DNA of 64,000 nucleotides from Chiloscyllium plagiosum (Eukaryota). Below, piece by piece: positions 21,917-34,500 of this stretch. Below the pieces are notes generated by a model. That model did no database searches and was not told the DNA's origin. It worked only from the letters and a program-made list of their open reading frames with translations. The DNA lies in the NCBI RefSeq assembly GCF_004010195.1, contig NC_057730.1:20564168-20628167 (forward strand). Direction: 5' to 3'. Both the position numbers and the translations under genes were made by a program. Within the stretch, counting starts at the first letter, position 1; the number at the start of each line of letters is the position of its first letter.

Positions 21917-23574
21917 GGTTCAAATCCTAAGGCTGGCCTTCACACGCGCTGGTGGCAGCAGGATTGAAGCAGCCAGTGAGTGCGAACCCGGAGATGGAGA
22001 GGCACCGCCCAGGGTGGGACATGAGGGACAAGGTCCACGCTCGACAAACTGCAAATTTAAGGCAGGCCAGCTGGCGAGATTATCGGGTATTATTTCCCCT
22101 GTCACTTCCTCCTGTTTCTTGAGAACATTTATTTAATTTAAATACTGCTCGGCATAAATTGCCCTGTGCAAAAGGGAACCATTTATTTGTCTAAACTGGA
22201 AAGCAAACGAATATCTGTGTTTGCATGTGTCAGTTGTCCCTTGGATTGTTTATCCGATAAATACTTTAATTGTTTTTGTTTTTTCACCATGCTACTTTGC
22301 ATCGATTGTGTCTGTAATACTTACAACTAAATCCTCAGCAGTTTTTTGTCATCTTAATTTGTACCTTTTTTGTTTAAAAATGCGGATCGACCTTAAAGAG
22401 TATTAACAGTATAACGCCAACCGACCTTTGAATTATAGGTTGATGTCAAGACTGGAAATGCTCTTCCCATTCGATGTCCTCGAGTTGCAATAAATTGTTA
22501 CGGTTGAGAAACAAAATGTAAATTAGTGATATTCATCTGGAAAGTAAGACGCTTTTGGAAGGAGCTGCTTGCAGCTAGAGATAGATGGGCTGTTGGGGGA
22601 AGGGGGTGCTCAGTGAACCATTGAAGACAGATTTAGTCATTTCGTCGGGAGATTCAGTTTATGCCAAACTAAACGAACGCGCTCAGAGGTTGCACAATAA
22701 ATTAGGAGTCCTTAATATGGCACAGAAAATGAATGTAGTTTATAATCGACACATGAAGGAAGACATTTATTTATATCGCAACTTTCACGTCCTTGGGACT
22801 CCCACAAACCCCCTTTTTCTCTACGACCAGCGAAATACTTTTTGAATTGCGTGCACTAGTGAGGAAACAGTTTCCACGGACAGCAACGTGATAAGGACCA
22901 GATATGGTATTTCGGTGAATATTGTTGTGAGCACCAACATTGCAATAATGACTACATTCAAAACGAATTAGGTGCGATATAGTTTGGTCGGACTAAAGTT
23001 GTGAGCGGTGTTACATAAATGCAAGTTGTTGACGCCCCTAATCTTATCAATTGGTGCGAGGATGAGAATGATTTATCTCCCAGTGCTGGCTGTTGTTGGG
23101 ATTATTAAAAGTACCCCTGTCACAAAATTTACAACAACCTGGCCCTTGTGTGAGACGGTTGTTATCTCCCGCAAAATAACAAAATAGATGAATAATTCGT
23201 TAACTCTTTGATCGAACATTACCTTGTATTTTTTTTGTTCCAGATGCTCATTGATCTGATATATGCTTAGAACATTTTCTGTTTGCATTGAATGACGGAA
23301 CAGGTTAAGGGGCCGAATGATCTGCCCTTACTCCTAACTTTTTTTTATTCTTGATGTTAGTCTTGTTTCAGAGCTCCAACGTTTGCGTCTTTTAAAAAGA
23401 AATAAAGGTGAGGCTGCAAACTTTTTAAAGTGTCCAAAGTGCAACCTTTTAAACACACAAAAAACTGACGTTTCCCACTGCCCAATTCATCAGCCACGTG
23501 AGAAGAGTGGTAAATCCAGATGTGGCATATTCCATTTCTGATTCGTAAGCGAAAATGTAACAATGGATATCAAT

Positions 23575-24940
23575 GCTTTCTTTTTAAAAAATCCATTCAT
23601 GGGATGTGGTTGTCACTGGCTGGGCATTTATTGCCTATCGCTGATTGGGAAGATGCTGAGAAGGTCATGGTGAGTTGCCTTCCTGAATCATGCAGTCCAT
23701 GTGCTGTAAATAGACCCACAATTCTGTTAGGGAGGGAGATCTAGGATTTGGACTGGTGAAGGGATGGTAACATATTTTCAAGATGATGACTGGCTTGGAG
23801 GAGAACTTCCAGGTTGTGGTTTTTACATGTATTTACTGCCCTTGTATTGCTAGATCATATTGATCTTGGGTTGGAAGGTACAGTCTAAAGAGCCTTCTTG
23901 TATTTCTGCAGTGCATCTTAGAGATGGTACACAATGCAGCTACTGAGTGTTGGTGGTGGAGCAACTGAAAGTTTGTGGGTACGGTGCCAATCAAATGGGC
24001 TGCTTTGCCCTGGATGGTTTTGAGCTTCTTGAATATTGTTGACATTCACCCATCCAGATAAGTGGGGAATATTCCATCATACTCCTGACTAGTGCCTTGT
24101 TGATGATGGAGAGACATTGAGGAATCAGGAGGTGAGTTAATTGCTGCAATATTCCTACCCTCTGACCTGTTTTTGTAGCCCCTGTATTTATATGGCTTGT
24201 CCAGTTCAGTTTCTGATGAGTAGTAACCCCAGGGTATTAACAGTGGACAATTCAATAGGGTTTATGCCAGTGAATGTCAAAGGGTAATGATTAGATTCTA
24301 TCTTGTTAGAGATGATCATTGGCTGGCATTTATGTGGCACAAATATTTGCCACTTGTCAGCCCAAACCTGTATATTGTCCACCTCTTGTTGCATTTGAAT
24401 ATGGACTGTTTCAGTATTTAAGGAATCATGAATAATGTTGAACATTGTGCAATCATCAACAACATCCCCACTTCTGACCTAATGACTGAGAGAAAGCCAT
24501 TGATGAAACAGATGAAGATGGTGGGCTTAGGACACTGCCCGGAGGAACTGCAGAGATGTACTGTAGCTAAGATGACTGATCTCCAAAAATCGCAACCATC
24601 TTCCTTTATGCCAGAGATGACTCCAACCAGTGGCGTGCTCTCTCCCTGATTTCCATTTGATCAAATGTTGCAGTAATGTCAAGGTCAGTCACTCTCACCT
24701 CACCTCTGGAATGCGGCTCTTTTATCCATATTTGAACTAAGGCTCAAATGAAGTCAGGAGCTGAGTGGCAGAACACAGTGGCTGAGTTGCCTGATGCACT
24801 GCTTGATAGCAGTGTTGATGACACTCCTATCACTTTACTGATGATCCAAGGTAATAATTGGGCGTGTTGGGGATTTATCCTGATTTTGATAACAGGAGAT
24901 CTGTGGACAATTTGCCACATTGTTGGAAGATGCCAAAGGA
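23575..24940 (-). mobile_element. CR1/L2-group LINE, RT to 3' end, degenerate
   Basis: Reverse-strand ORF fragments (MQQEVDNIQVWADKWQ..FVPHKCQ, KKLKTIQGKAAHLIG) and a 3' end ccattcatgggatgtgg. Confidence 0.8.
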
Positions 24941-25379
24941 TCTTCATGTTCGTTTTTTGATTGCTTTGGCTATTATATTTATTTGGTCACTAGCTTTTTT
25001 TAAAATACACGATTCATACATTATCTATAAATATATTACAAAATAAATTCGAGTCGGACAATACACTAGATAGAATAAAAATTGTATTTCTTAGTTGATC
25101 ACTGTTCAGTCCTAGGTGCCTCGTCCAACCGCAAAATTGGAACATTTACTCAATTTGACCAAAAACTATATACGAAGGGGATTCTCAAAGTTAACAGCCT
25201 CTCGATAGATGATGATCGGAAGACCTTCGTTTTGGATGCGTGAAGAACATGCATATGTTCTTTTACTGTTACTGTCTATGACTAAATCATGTATCTACAG
25301 CCACACTTTGGATGTTCAACGTTTGTTATTACACCGGAATATACTGGGTTCAATTTTAACCCTCAAATAGTCGGATTTT

Positions 25380-25566
25380 AAATGAGTTTGCATACCGCCC
25401 AATTCTGTCTCAACTGGGATGATCTGAGCATTTTCTCCAACAGAGGGCGCGGGTCTGCAGAGAGTATTTCCCAAGGCTGGTTGTAGTGGGTGGAGCCGGT
25501 GTTGGAGGAAGTCTCTCTTTCCTCATGTCGTGGTGAACAATCTTGACTTCATTTCCCGGACAAATA
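25380..25566 (+). promoter_or_regulatory. Probable promoter / 5' UTR of the SLC25A17-type gene
   Basis: Locally CpG-enriched, with a GC-box-like ccgccc and ETS-like ggaagt and ccgga motifs immediately upstream of the ATG at 25567. Confidence 0.5.
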
Positions 25567-28500
25567 ATGAAGGGCTCTTCCAGCTCTCCTCTTGCTTCCT
25601 ACGAGACACTCGTGCATGCCGTGGCTGGGGTGGTGGTAAGTTGTGAGATGACCCAGAGTTTAAACAAATCTTTACTGTGGATACACTGAATCAGGCACGT
25701 CAATTAGAACCACAAATCTCGCCGAGAGTGAGTTGGGTGAAAACTGGAAGCTAAGTTCTTTCTTCGGGTCACCCCGGCCGGTTTAAGATTTAGCCCAGTG
25801 TTCCTTGCAATGTTCTGTTGAATGCTCTGAGTTTGACATGTGAGCACCAAGAGTGAGCAATGTCAACAACCAGTTTGTCTGGTTGGATTTGTCAATGTTA
25901 AACCCAGTCATTGTGGCGCTCTGTGATGAGCTAAACGTCCCCGCCCGTTCAGTGCAGATTTAGGTTAAATCTGCCCTCAGAATTAAAAAAAAAGCACTTG
26001 AAAGAGAACGCTTGATAAAGCTCTTCCAAGGTGTGTAAGAGAGAGGCTTCTGGGTCAACTGGGGAAGGGTCACACCCGGACGTCGATTTCTCCGCCTCCT
26101 GATGCTGCCTGACTTGCTGTGTTCTCAGTCTCCTGTTTGGAGCAGGCTCTCCTGCTGATTCATTCTGGCTTCAGTGGCACAGGGTTTAGTGCATCTCAAA
26201 TCTTTGGAAATAACCCCACGGTTGAGTGTCTGTCTCACTTGTTCCCCGCCCCGTTAATCTAACTCACATTTCCCTCAACATTTTCCTGTTGTAGAACTTC
26301 AGAGCCTTTCTGTCGCTCTGAAGAGGCTGTGGAAACATTGGCGTCTCTGTTAGCTCCCCTGCGATTGAATGCTTTCATGTGATTTTCCTTCTTGTAGAGT
26401 GACAATAAAATGTTTTTGCAACTAGCTTTTCGATGAAGGTACCAATCTTTATGGTTTGAGCCTGTCATCAGTTTGAAATGCAATAATTATATCAATCACT
26501 TCCATAATATCATCCCTGTCTACTGCAACTATATAAGGGCTTGGTCTCAAATGTTTTCTTCATTTTTTTTCTGTTATACTTTTGTTTTAAGTAAGGAGTG
26601 AATTTCATTAAGGGCCCATTAGTACAACGGAGTAACTGCTTTCACTCTGTGGCAACACTCACCCCTGAAGCAAGTTGTCCAGCAGAGTATTCGTGTTGCT
26701 GATGTTGGAGATTCTTTATTTCAGCTGGCACATCAAAGTGAGTGTCCCTGGGATCTTGCAGGTTGATACAGTAGCTTCACCAGCAAGTAGGGAAGGGAGT
26801 GTCCTGAAGAACATTTATCATCACCAATAACTGATTCCCACTGATGTGCACAATTTGGCTGCCATACGTAACAATGATTATACATAAGACATACTTCATC
26901 GACTGGAAGGAACTTTGTAATTGGAAGATGTTGTATCAGTGAGATGACCCTTATGAGGCCTCTCCTCACCCTGTTTCAAACAAGTCATCAAGTGACAAGT
27001 GGATGTTGTATTAATTATGTTTTGGTCTTAATTGAAATACTTCTTGTAATACACATTACAATCTTTGTTTATTCTAACACTAAAATGGCAGGAAGCACTA
27101 GTGTAGCCTCACATCCTGATTAAAAACCTGCCTTTTAGAAAATGCTTTATGACCACTAGAGTGGGGCTTACTTTTGTTTGATTCCAGTTATTGAAACTAA
27201 GTTTAGTCTGTGATCCTGTCAACTAGGAACTCCAGGACATAACTGATTTTAGCAGAGTTTTGAAAATCGTCAGGTGGGATATCCTCCTAAAGATTCAATG
27301 CTATTGGGTTGGGGTTAGCTGGGCCAGATCAGTGTCTTTGGACTAGGGGGAAGAATACTTGCCAGCAGTCCCTCTTCTAATTACTGTTATATGCCTCTTT
27401 GGAAATTGCAGATTAACACTTCTACTGCCTCACCTTTTTATTTTCTGCAGGGTAGTCTGACTGCTACAACAACATTCTTCCCTTTGGACACTGCAAGGAT
27501 TCGACTTCAAGGTAGGAATTATAAATAAACGTATTTATGGTGAGCCTAAAGTTGCTATCGTAAAATACGCTATTTACATTATTTATTTATATGCACTATA
27601 GAATTAGAAAGCTATGTGCTGCTGTGTTGGTGAAATTTGAGGTTTTTATAATTTTGCTTATCTTAACATTTTTGATTAAAGTATTCCAAAAAATTTATTA
27701 TTCACAACAATAATTTGTGTTTTATATGGCTTTGACCATGTTGGAATGGTGCACCAAAGGTTTTTACATGTTTTTAGTATTAAATGGATACCAAGGTAGA
27801 CAGAGTTAAAGAGCAAGGCCAAGCAACCAATTCAAAAGAAAACAGAGGGAAGGTATCAAGTGAAGAATTTCAGGAACAGCAGCAGGCCATTCGATTACTC
27901 CAGCCTGCTTTACTATTAAAATACATCATGGATGATCTATTTCTAACATTCTTGGTTTTGAAAACCTTAATAAGGTTATCTATTTAAAAAAAAAACAATT
28001 AATTAACCCAGGCTTCCTGTTTTGGGGTAACTGAATTTCAGAATTTAGTTGGTATTCCTGATGGCAGGGCTGCAGTGAAATGAGGACTTTGGTCAATGAT
28101 TGAAGATTTGGAAATATGGTCATAGTGCTTAGAGGGCTTACTGAGATGACTGTATTATGCAGCATCATATGGGTGTTTGAAAGTGAAATGAGGATCTCAA
28201 TATGGATAGTGGGTTGAAAGAGTTAATTTCAGAAAAACAGATAAAGCTTTGATTCTTGTCCAGATGCACCCGATTAATTATTTACTAATAGTTTTCTAGT
28301 TTCACTAATAAATTAAGTACACATCTACTTTTTTGCAACATTCCATTTGCTTCCTTGGCCATCTCTCAATCATAAGATTGATTTGGATAAAAGAGGTCCT
28401 TCTGATCTTATGTTTTTAAAACATTGGCCTTATCATCACCCCACGATACAATCTAGTTTTTGCTTAAACATTAGTCTGGCGTCCTGGCCCTTCCTGCCCA

Positions 28501-31500
28501 TCTGGAGGGCAAGACTCAATTCCTTGATTGCCATCAGAAACCAACACCACTACCTCTTTTAATAAAATAAACATGGGCTGCCTAATGTAGATAAGCTGTC
28601 AAATTGTGAATTAATATTCTGATGCTAAAGAGAAACTTGGACACCAGTGAATATAATGATGTAAATGTACTTTTACTGAGTTTGGTGTAATGATTTACAG
28701 GCGAGAGTGTGGTGCTGGAAAAGCACAGCAGGTCAGGCAGCATCCAAGGAGCAGGAGAATCGACTTTTCAGGCAAGAGCCCTTCAAGGATGTAATGATTT
28801 ATATCCTTGTGGAGCAGAGCACTCTGGACATTAATGTAATGTTAAAGGGTTAAACTGTATTGTCTTTCTCCAAGAAACTGAACATTCTGGAAGTGGGTGG
28901 GGGCGACATTCATGCAGGAATGTGGATGACTCACACTTCGTTTGGGCAGCCACTTACCACTACTCTCCTACTATTATCAAATTAAACTCTCATTCAGTCC
29001 CTTCCATTCAGAAATGCTTTCATAGCCATCCCCAAAGCTAGAACATATCACACTGACATTGTCTTGAGGAATCCGTGAGTCAGGAAATCGTTTGCATAAT
29101 GATTCCCCAGGATTAGGACATTTACATTATTTTAAGGATGACCTCATCCTACCATTGTACCTGGGGTAACATCTGGTTATGAGGTGGGAGTGGCCAGTGT
29201 ACCTGTGAGCATTACCAACTGACCTGTATAAAGGGGCTGTGTTTCCTTTGTTTGGGGCCTCTTTTGACTTGACTTTGCTCGCCTGCAAAGAGGGTCAAAG
29301 GGGTCATCTAGCTTGTACAGGCTTTAATAACCTTCAGCTGTTTGCAGAAGTTGGTGTGTGCGAATTGCATCTTGTGTGTGAAACCTTGGGAAAAGAACCT
29401 AAAAGTTTATTATTAATAATAACAACAATAATAATTCGATTTCAACTGCCATCATTTTTCCTGTTTACTTTAGTTGATGAAAAACGTAAATCCAGCTCCA
29501 CGCCTGTGATATTGGCGGAAATTGTGAAAGAGGAAGGATTGTGAGTATTACATAATTTACAGCACAAACAAACTCGACCCTACTGGTCCACCTTGGTGTT
29601 TATGTCCTCCATCACACCCCCCACCACACGTCTTTAGCTTGGCTTCTTTTTCTTTTCCTTTCTCGCTTTTGCTTATATAGGTTGGTTTAAAGACAGCTGA
29701 TTTTTTAAATGCTGTATTATTCAATATATTTGTTCTGTAAGTGATGTTTACCAGGCAATGTCTTATACCAGAGTGCAACTTATGATTACTGGAAATTTAG
29801 GTTTCCAGAAAAAATGGTGTTCAAATATGGTGGTTTATTTTGTATTAAGGTAATTTAAACATTTAAAAATATTAAAAACTTTAAAATATAACTTGTTGGT
29901 CATTCAAAGTAAAACAATGGGCCATCTGGCATTGGAGAAGAGCTGACGGGTTTTGCTGTTTAAGATCTGTCACCTTTATAAGACAGTCACGTTTTCTGTA
30001 GGAAATATGTGCAGAAAATTCCAAATCCCCTTTTTTCCTTCTTCTTGATGCTGGTTCACCTTCATAAATGGGTTCCAGTTCAAAATAATAGAACTTTAAT
30101 AGAATCATTGAACTTAATGATTTTAAATAAAAAGAAATTAAGTAATGCATTTGCAGGTTTACTTGTTCTGCTCACTGAGTATGTTGCAAATTGAAGTGTG
30201 TAATTTCCCAATTGTTCAGAAGCTATTAATTACTAAATACGTGCTGGTGTGAATTGCTCAGAGAAATTCACAATGTCAGCACAGAATGCTGAAACTCTCT
30301 TTTCTGTTTCAGATCAGCTCTATACCGTGGATGGTTCCCTGTTATTTCTAGTGTTTGCTGTTCAAACTTTGTTTATTTCTACACATTCAACAGCCTGAAA
30401 TCGATGCTGGTGAAGGGTAATGCTCGTGCCACGCCAGGCAAAGATCTGCTGATGGGTTGCATTGCAGGTAGAGAGTGCTTAACGGGATTGCAATGCCAAA
30501 TATGGATATATGCCAATATGTTTGAATTGCTAAATTTTAGATATTCCTGTGCTTGATTCCTGATTAGTTGGGAACTGTGATAGAATATCACTCTTGGAAT
30601 TTGAGCTTTAATTCCTTAATTGTAATGACAGACATTGATAAAATAAAGACAACAACAGTATCAACTTGTACTCCTATGGTGCCTTTAACAAAATAAAACA
30701 TCCCATTGTCCTTCAAAGGTGAATTATAAAATAAACTGACACTGAGCCACAAATGAAATGTTAGGTCAGATGACCAAAAGCTTGGTGATAAAAGTTAGTT
30801 TTAAAGAGTGTTTTAAAAAGAAAAGGGAGGGGCAAAAAATTATGGAGCACTTCTCAGAATGTAGTACTCAGGCAGCTGAAGACATGGCAACACTGGAGCA
30901 ATGGACATAGGACTGGAGGTAGTGACAGAAATGGGAGAAGAGCATGGAGGAATTTGAAAACAAGGATGAGAATTTTCAATTTAGTGTGTTGTTTAACCAT
31001 CGTAGGTCAGTGACGAGTGAACAAGACTTTGTCCAAAGTTCTGCTGCTCAGTTCTTACTCAATCCCAAATTTACAGAAGGTAGAACAATAAAGGTAACTG
31101 CTATTTTGCACAACTTCACAACAGACTAAGCTGCTCTTTGTATTCCTGAAAGTACCATCCCAGCATTGGAACAGGTGTCAAAATGGTACAACACATGACT
31201 GTGTTCTGAAAAGAAACGAAGTCTGTACTTGAACAATGAGACATTAGGTAGCCTGTAGGACTGAAGAGATTGAAAATAAATGTATAGAAATGTATAGACA
31301 GTGGGTACACTCAAAACTAGTAAAAGTGAAATTCTTGATCTTTGGAGTTGTGGCCTTGTCATTTATGTAATTGGGTAAGGCAATTATGAAGTAAGGGCTT
31401 TGCTGACTTCCTGGTTGGTTTTATCTAGCATTGGAGGCATTTAGCATTATAGATAAAGACTGTCTCAAATTCATGTCCTCATTCTGTTCTAAGTTAGCTG

Positions 31501-34500
31501 ATCTTAGTTGGGTGCAGGCTTGTTCTTCTTGCCTTGGCCCCGCCTTTTGAGGCAATAAAATAACCAGGATGCTTACCCCTGACCCTCAGGCCTGCTTAAT
31601 GTGCATGTATGTGGAGAGTGCAGGAGGAAATGGATTAGGTTTAAAGAAAGGCCATAATGACTCAAGACAAATGCTCCTTTAATAATAAATCACCACCTCA
31701 TGGAGTGGGGAATTCCTGCATGGAACTGAAGTTGGATTGAGGAAACAGAAGCTATTTAACAATTCGGATAAATGGAAAAGCAAATGGGGGGATGAAATTC
31801 CAAATGGAAATGAGATGCCAGGCATCCTTCAGCTTTTCAGGCATTACTGGCATTTATTGACCATCCCTAATGTCCCTTGAAGACAGTGATGAGCCACTTC
31901 TTTAAACTGTCTCAGTCCATTTGGTATAGATACACTCTATGCTATTGGGCCGAGAGATCAAGGTGGCTTAATAGACTATTTCAAAGATCAACAACATTGC
32001 TGTATTCTTGGAGTTGCATATAGGTCAGACCAAATAAGAACACTGTTTTTATGACTACATATCTGATACTTTCATGGTCACTATTGCTGATACCATCTTT
32101 TTATTATAAATGTGTTTAATTGAATTTGTCTCCGAAATCATTAGTCTGAATCTCTGGATTACTTGTCACTATAACATTATCACTTTTATTATAACTGATA
32201 TTTTGGGGAGTATTTCTTAAAATAAATACTGAAGGTGATGGGGACTCCTATTTTATAATAGTCTAAAAAAAAGTGTCTGCCAAGGCAATGAACTGACATA
32301 AATATAGGGAAGATATGTTTATATAATACCTTTCAATGTAGATAAATGTCAGTGCCAAAAAATCTTATTCATTAAATTTTATTTATATTGGGAGTCAACA
32401 TAATTTATTGTTGAATTATGGACCTAAATTGCCTCCTTGGGAAGCTGAATTGTATAGCAACATACCAACAAGTGTGCAAAAGCTGCCAGATGGAGTATAA
32501 TGCAGGAAAATGTGAGGTGATGCACTTTGGTAAGTAGTATCAAAATGCAGGCTATTATTTAAATGGACAGAGACTCCAAAAATGTGCAGCACTGAGGGAC
32601 CTCTGTATCCTTGTGCATGAAACACAAAACATTAGCATGCCGTTTTGGCAAGTAATTAAGTCAAATAGAATTTTCGCATTTATTACTAGAGAGTCAGAGT
32701 TTAAAAATAGGAAAGTCCTGTTTCTACAGGGCATCAGTGAGGCTGCATCTGGAGTACTGCATACAGTTTTGCTCTCCATATTGAAGAAAGGATGTATTGG
32801 AGACAGTCTTAGAAGATTCATTAGGCTGACTCCTAGAATTAAGGGGTTGACTTGTCAAAAATGGCTAAACAGGTTAAGCCTTTAAGTAGAATTTAGAAGA
32901 ATAAGGGCTAATCTTATTGAAACATCCATTTTTCTGAGGGGGCTTGACAGGGTAGGTATTGAGAAGATGTTTGCACTAGTAGCTCAAACTAGAACACTCA
33001 TTTAAAAATGAGATGCAAAGGAATTTCTTCTGAGGGTAGTGAATGTCCAGAAATCTCCACACGAAAGAGTTGTGCAGGCTACATCAGAAAGTATTTAAAG
33101 ACGGATGTTTGAAATATCAAGGAGTTGAGGGCGCTGAGGAGCTGGCATGAAATAGGAGTTGAGGCCTGGGGCAGATCAGACATTATTTTACAGAAGGGCA
33201 GGTCGTGCCCCACAAACCTTATTGAATTCTTTGAAAAGGTGACGAAGGAGGTTGATGAGGGGCAAGCGGTAGATGTGGTATATATGGATTTTAGTAAGGC
33301 GTTTGATAAGGTTCCCCATGGTAAGCTACTTCAAAAAATACGGAGGTATGGCATTGAGGGTGAGTTGGAGGTTAGGATTAGGAATTGGCTGGATGGAAGA
33401 AGACAGAGGGTAGTAGTTGATGGCAAAGTTTCTTCATGGAGTGCCGTCACTAGCGGTGTTCCGCAAGGATCTGTTTTGGGACCATTGCTGTTTGTCATTT
33501 TTATAAATGACATGGAAGAGGGGTTAGAAGGTTGGGTGAGCAAGTTTGCGGATGATACGAAAGACGGNNNNNNNNNNNNNNNNNNNNNNNNNNNNNNNNN
33601 NNNNNNNNNNNNNNNNNNNNNNNNNNNNNNNNNNNNNNNNNNNNNNNNNNNNNNNNNNNNNNNNNNNNNNNNNNNNNNNNNNNNNNNNNNNNNNNNNNNN
33701 NNNNNNNNNNNNNNNNNNNNNNNNNNNNNNNNNNNNNNNNNNNNNNGGTTGCCATACTATAGGAAGGATGTGGAGGCACTGGAACGGGTGCAGAGGAGGT
33801 TTACCAGGATGTTGCCTGGTATGGTAGAAAGATCGTATTAGGAAAGGCTGAGGCACTTGGGGTTGTTTTCATTGGAGAAAAGAAGGTTTAGGGGTGACTT
33901 GATAGAGGTGTACAAGATGATTAGGGGTTTAGATAGGGTTGACCGTGAGAACCTTTTTCCACGTATGGAGTCAGCTATTACGAGGGGGCATAGCTTTAAA
34001 TTAAGGGGGGGTAGATATAGGATTGAAGTTAGGGGTAGGTTCTTCACTCAGCGTGTCGTAAGTTCATGGAATGCCCTGCCTGTAGCAGTGGTGGACTCTC
34101 CCTCTTTATGGGCATTTAGGCGGGCATTGGATAGGTATATGGAGGATAGTGGGTTAGTATAGGTTAGGTGGGCTTGGATCGGCGCAACATCGAGGGCCAA
34201 AGGGCCTGTACTGCGCTGTATTCTTCTATGTTCTATGTTCTAGAATGGCCCACTCCTGATCCTATTGCTTATCATCTTATGACATAGCAAAGAAAGGAAA
34301 CAATACAATTGTTTGCTCGTTTAATCTATTTTGAAATTAATTCAAATTTTTGCAACAACTCTCAACATTGTCTAAATTAAAACAGTCATCAAAATTGATT
34401 CTTGTATAATAGAAAAAGCCCATTCCTGTAAATGCAAACTATGTACATTAGCATACAATGACCAACCTGTGTTTATTGAAGGACTGTCAAATAAGGACAT

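Noticed and set aside
33125-33856. ORFs spanning N runs (also 47830-48231)
   Set aside because: Their lengths are artefacts of assembly gaps inside retroelements.
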